Part shown: piece by piece, positions 62,571-64,000 of the stretch
How the letters are laid out: each line of letters starts with the position of its first letter
Numbering within the stretch: the first letter of the stretch is position 1
From: Octopus vulgaris
Lineage: Eukaryota
DNA length: 64,000 nt
Assembly: GCA_951406725.2 (NCBI GenBank)
Contig: OX597815.1
Location: 89,280,001 to 89,344,000 of the forward strand
Direction: 5' to 3'
Notes under the pieces: generated by a model
Database searches by the model: none
The model's input: only the letters and a program-made list of their open reading frames with translations
Told to the model about the DNA's origin: nothing
Program-made: the position numbers and the translations under genes

Positions 62571-63284
62571 AGCTTCAAAGCTACATACTAGCTTAAAATC
62601 GCCCTCTCGGGCGGCTTTTGTGCTAGTACGTATCTTTTAAGAAACTAACCCCAAATGAGAAGATCTTCAAACAGATCTGTGACTTGTTTTGGAGAATTTG
62701 TTGCAATCGTTTCCTCAAGAGTCATATCCTAATGATGATCATATTCGTCGCTGAAAATCATGTAAAAAAAAATCGCTTTAAACAATCGCAGTAATGAATG
62801 AAAAATTTCAGGATTGCAGGTCCGTATTCAGCACGGAATGTTTTTAATTTACTCACTGAGTCAGCCTGATTCCAGAATGGTAAGATATGTTTGGATACGG
62901 CCTCTAGGAGTAAAGTTCACATTTATTATATTAGATATGTATAATTTGGGGGAAACTCTATTTCAGTTAGTGTATTTTATATATATATATATATATATAT
63001 ACATATGTATGTATAGGTATATGCATATATGAACACACACATACATACACACATATATATCAATGTATTAAAGAAAGCAAAAATAAAGCAAAAATGATAG
63101 TGTTCAGTAGTTGGTTCAGCATGCTGGCCACAGGAATTTCTGTCGAGGGAAGTTGCACGTCATCTCCCTCTTTCTCTCACATCTCTCTTTCTCTTTCTTA
63201 TTACTCACATTGCCACCATCAACACTACTACTTTTAATGAAGCATCATCAACTCTCTCTCTAAATTTCTTTGTCTCTCTTTCTC

Positions 63285-63365
63285 TCCTTCTCTTTTTCTT
63301 TCCTTCTTTCTTTCTTTCTTTCTTTCTTTCTTTACCTCTTTGTTCGTTTGTTTGTTTGTTTGTCT
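63285..63365. repeat. (CTTT)n(GTTT)n pyrimidine-rich repeat
   Basis: Read directly. Confidence 0.9.
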
Positions 63366-63544
63366 CTTTCTATCTTCGCCACCGTCATAACCGTCGTTAT
63401 GCTAACTATTACTCTAACCCCAGCACGAAGAAGTTTCATTAAATAGTGAGAGGGGGCAAAGTGTGACACAGTGACACACAGAAATTAGTTTTCGCATTTA
63501 TTAAATTAGATGTGTATGTGTGTATATATGTATGTATGTGCAGA

Positions 63545-63808
63545 TTTGTATGTTTATCTATGTATTCTCATGCATATAGTTGCATATCTAGACATGCTCA
63601 TATATATTTAAATGATAAACATCTGGAAAGTTTTACAGATTATTAAAGTTCCAGTGATGGATTGGATCTGTAGTCCTCCAATTAGCTGTCTCCTTTCTGA
63701 TTTTGAGAAGCCTAATTTCTGAAGATTGGTATTTAGGCAGCGTGTTATGTATCCCAAGGCCTCAATAATTACAGGTATAAACCTGGGCTTGTAATCTGGA
63801 TAGAATAA
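63545..63808 (-). mobile_element. Short 3' fragment of an R4-like element related to family 3
   Basis: LFYPDYKPRFIPVIIEALGYITRCLNTNLQKLGFSKSERRQLIGGLQIQSITGTLIICKTFQMFII*, collinear with the C-terminus at ~30450-30652. Confidence 0.8.
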
Positions 63809-63809
63809 T

Positions 63810-64000
63810 GTATCTATGTATGAATGTCAGTTCGCTCTTATGTGCCACTGGTAGCATGTAACCCAGTACAACCTGTTGCATGGTCTGGTCGTCGGCGACT
63901 AAACCGGTAACTCCACCAAACTTTCTTGGCGAGGAGGATGACTGTTGGACACCATGCGGGATAAAAAATACAAGACCCGTCAAAGGGCGGAAGAACTGAA
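63810..64000. repeat. Unclassified GC-balanced block cut by the window edge, probably a repeat 3' end on the minus strand
   Basis: Abrupt composition change; the minus strand ends in cattcatacatagatac just before the R4-like fragment. Confidence 0.3.

Overview
AT-rich, microsatellite-dense eukaryotic DNA. The SINE families and simple-repeat load look like an octopod cephalopod genome, which is an inference from remembered repeat motifs and not from a search. I recognise no host protein-coding gene, rRNA, tRNA gene or CRISPR array; most short ORFs in the track are microsatellite translations. The recognisable content is transposable elements: a young 5'-truncated R4/Dong-clade non-LTR element (RT + CCHC + RLE, 1543-4038, minus) with a 13-bp TSD inside a TAA/TGA microsatellite; two older R4-like families; three IS630-Tc1-mariner types (DD37D, DD34D, DD34E); a Penelope-like element (PLE) with a GIY-YIG domain inserted in (TA)n; several SINE families; and MITE/RTE remnants. 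The most interesting signals are (i) the PLE 3' region, with a 5x fixed-spacing CRE+CCAAT array, a TATA box and a hammerhead-like motif carrying a compensatory U3-A8 core, (ii) repeated stacking of elements into microsatellites created by other elements, (iii) a nested inverted SINE pair, and (iv) a 69-nt palindrome with CTAG ends. I cannot claim a demonstrably new biological system from sequence alone.
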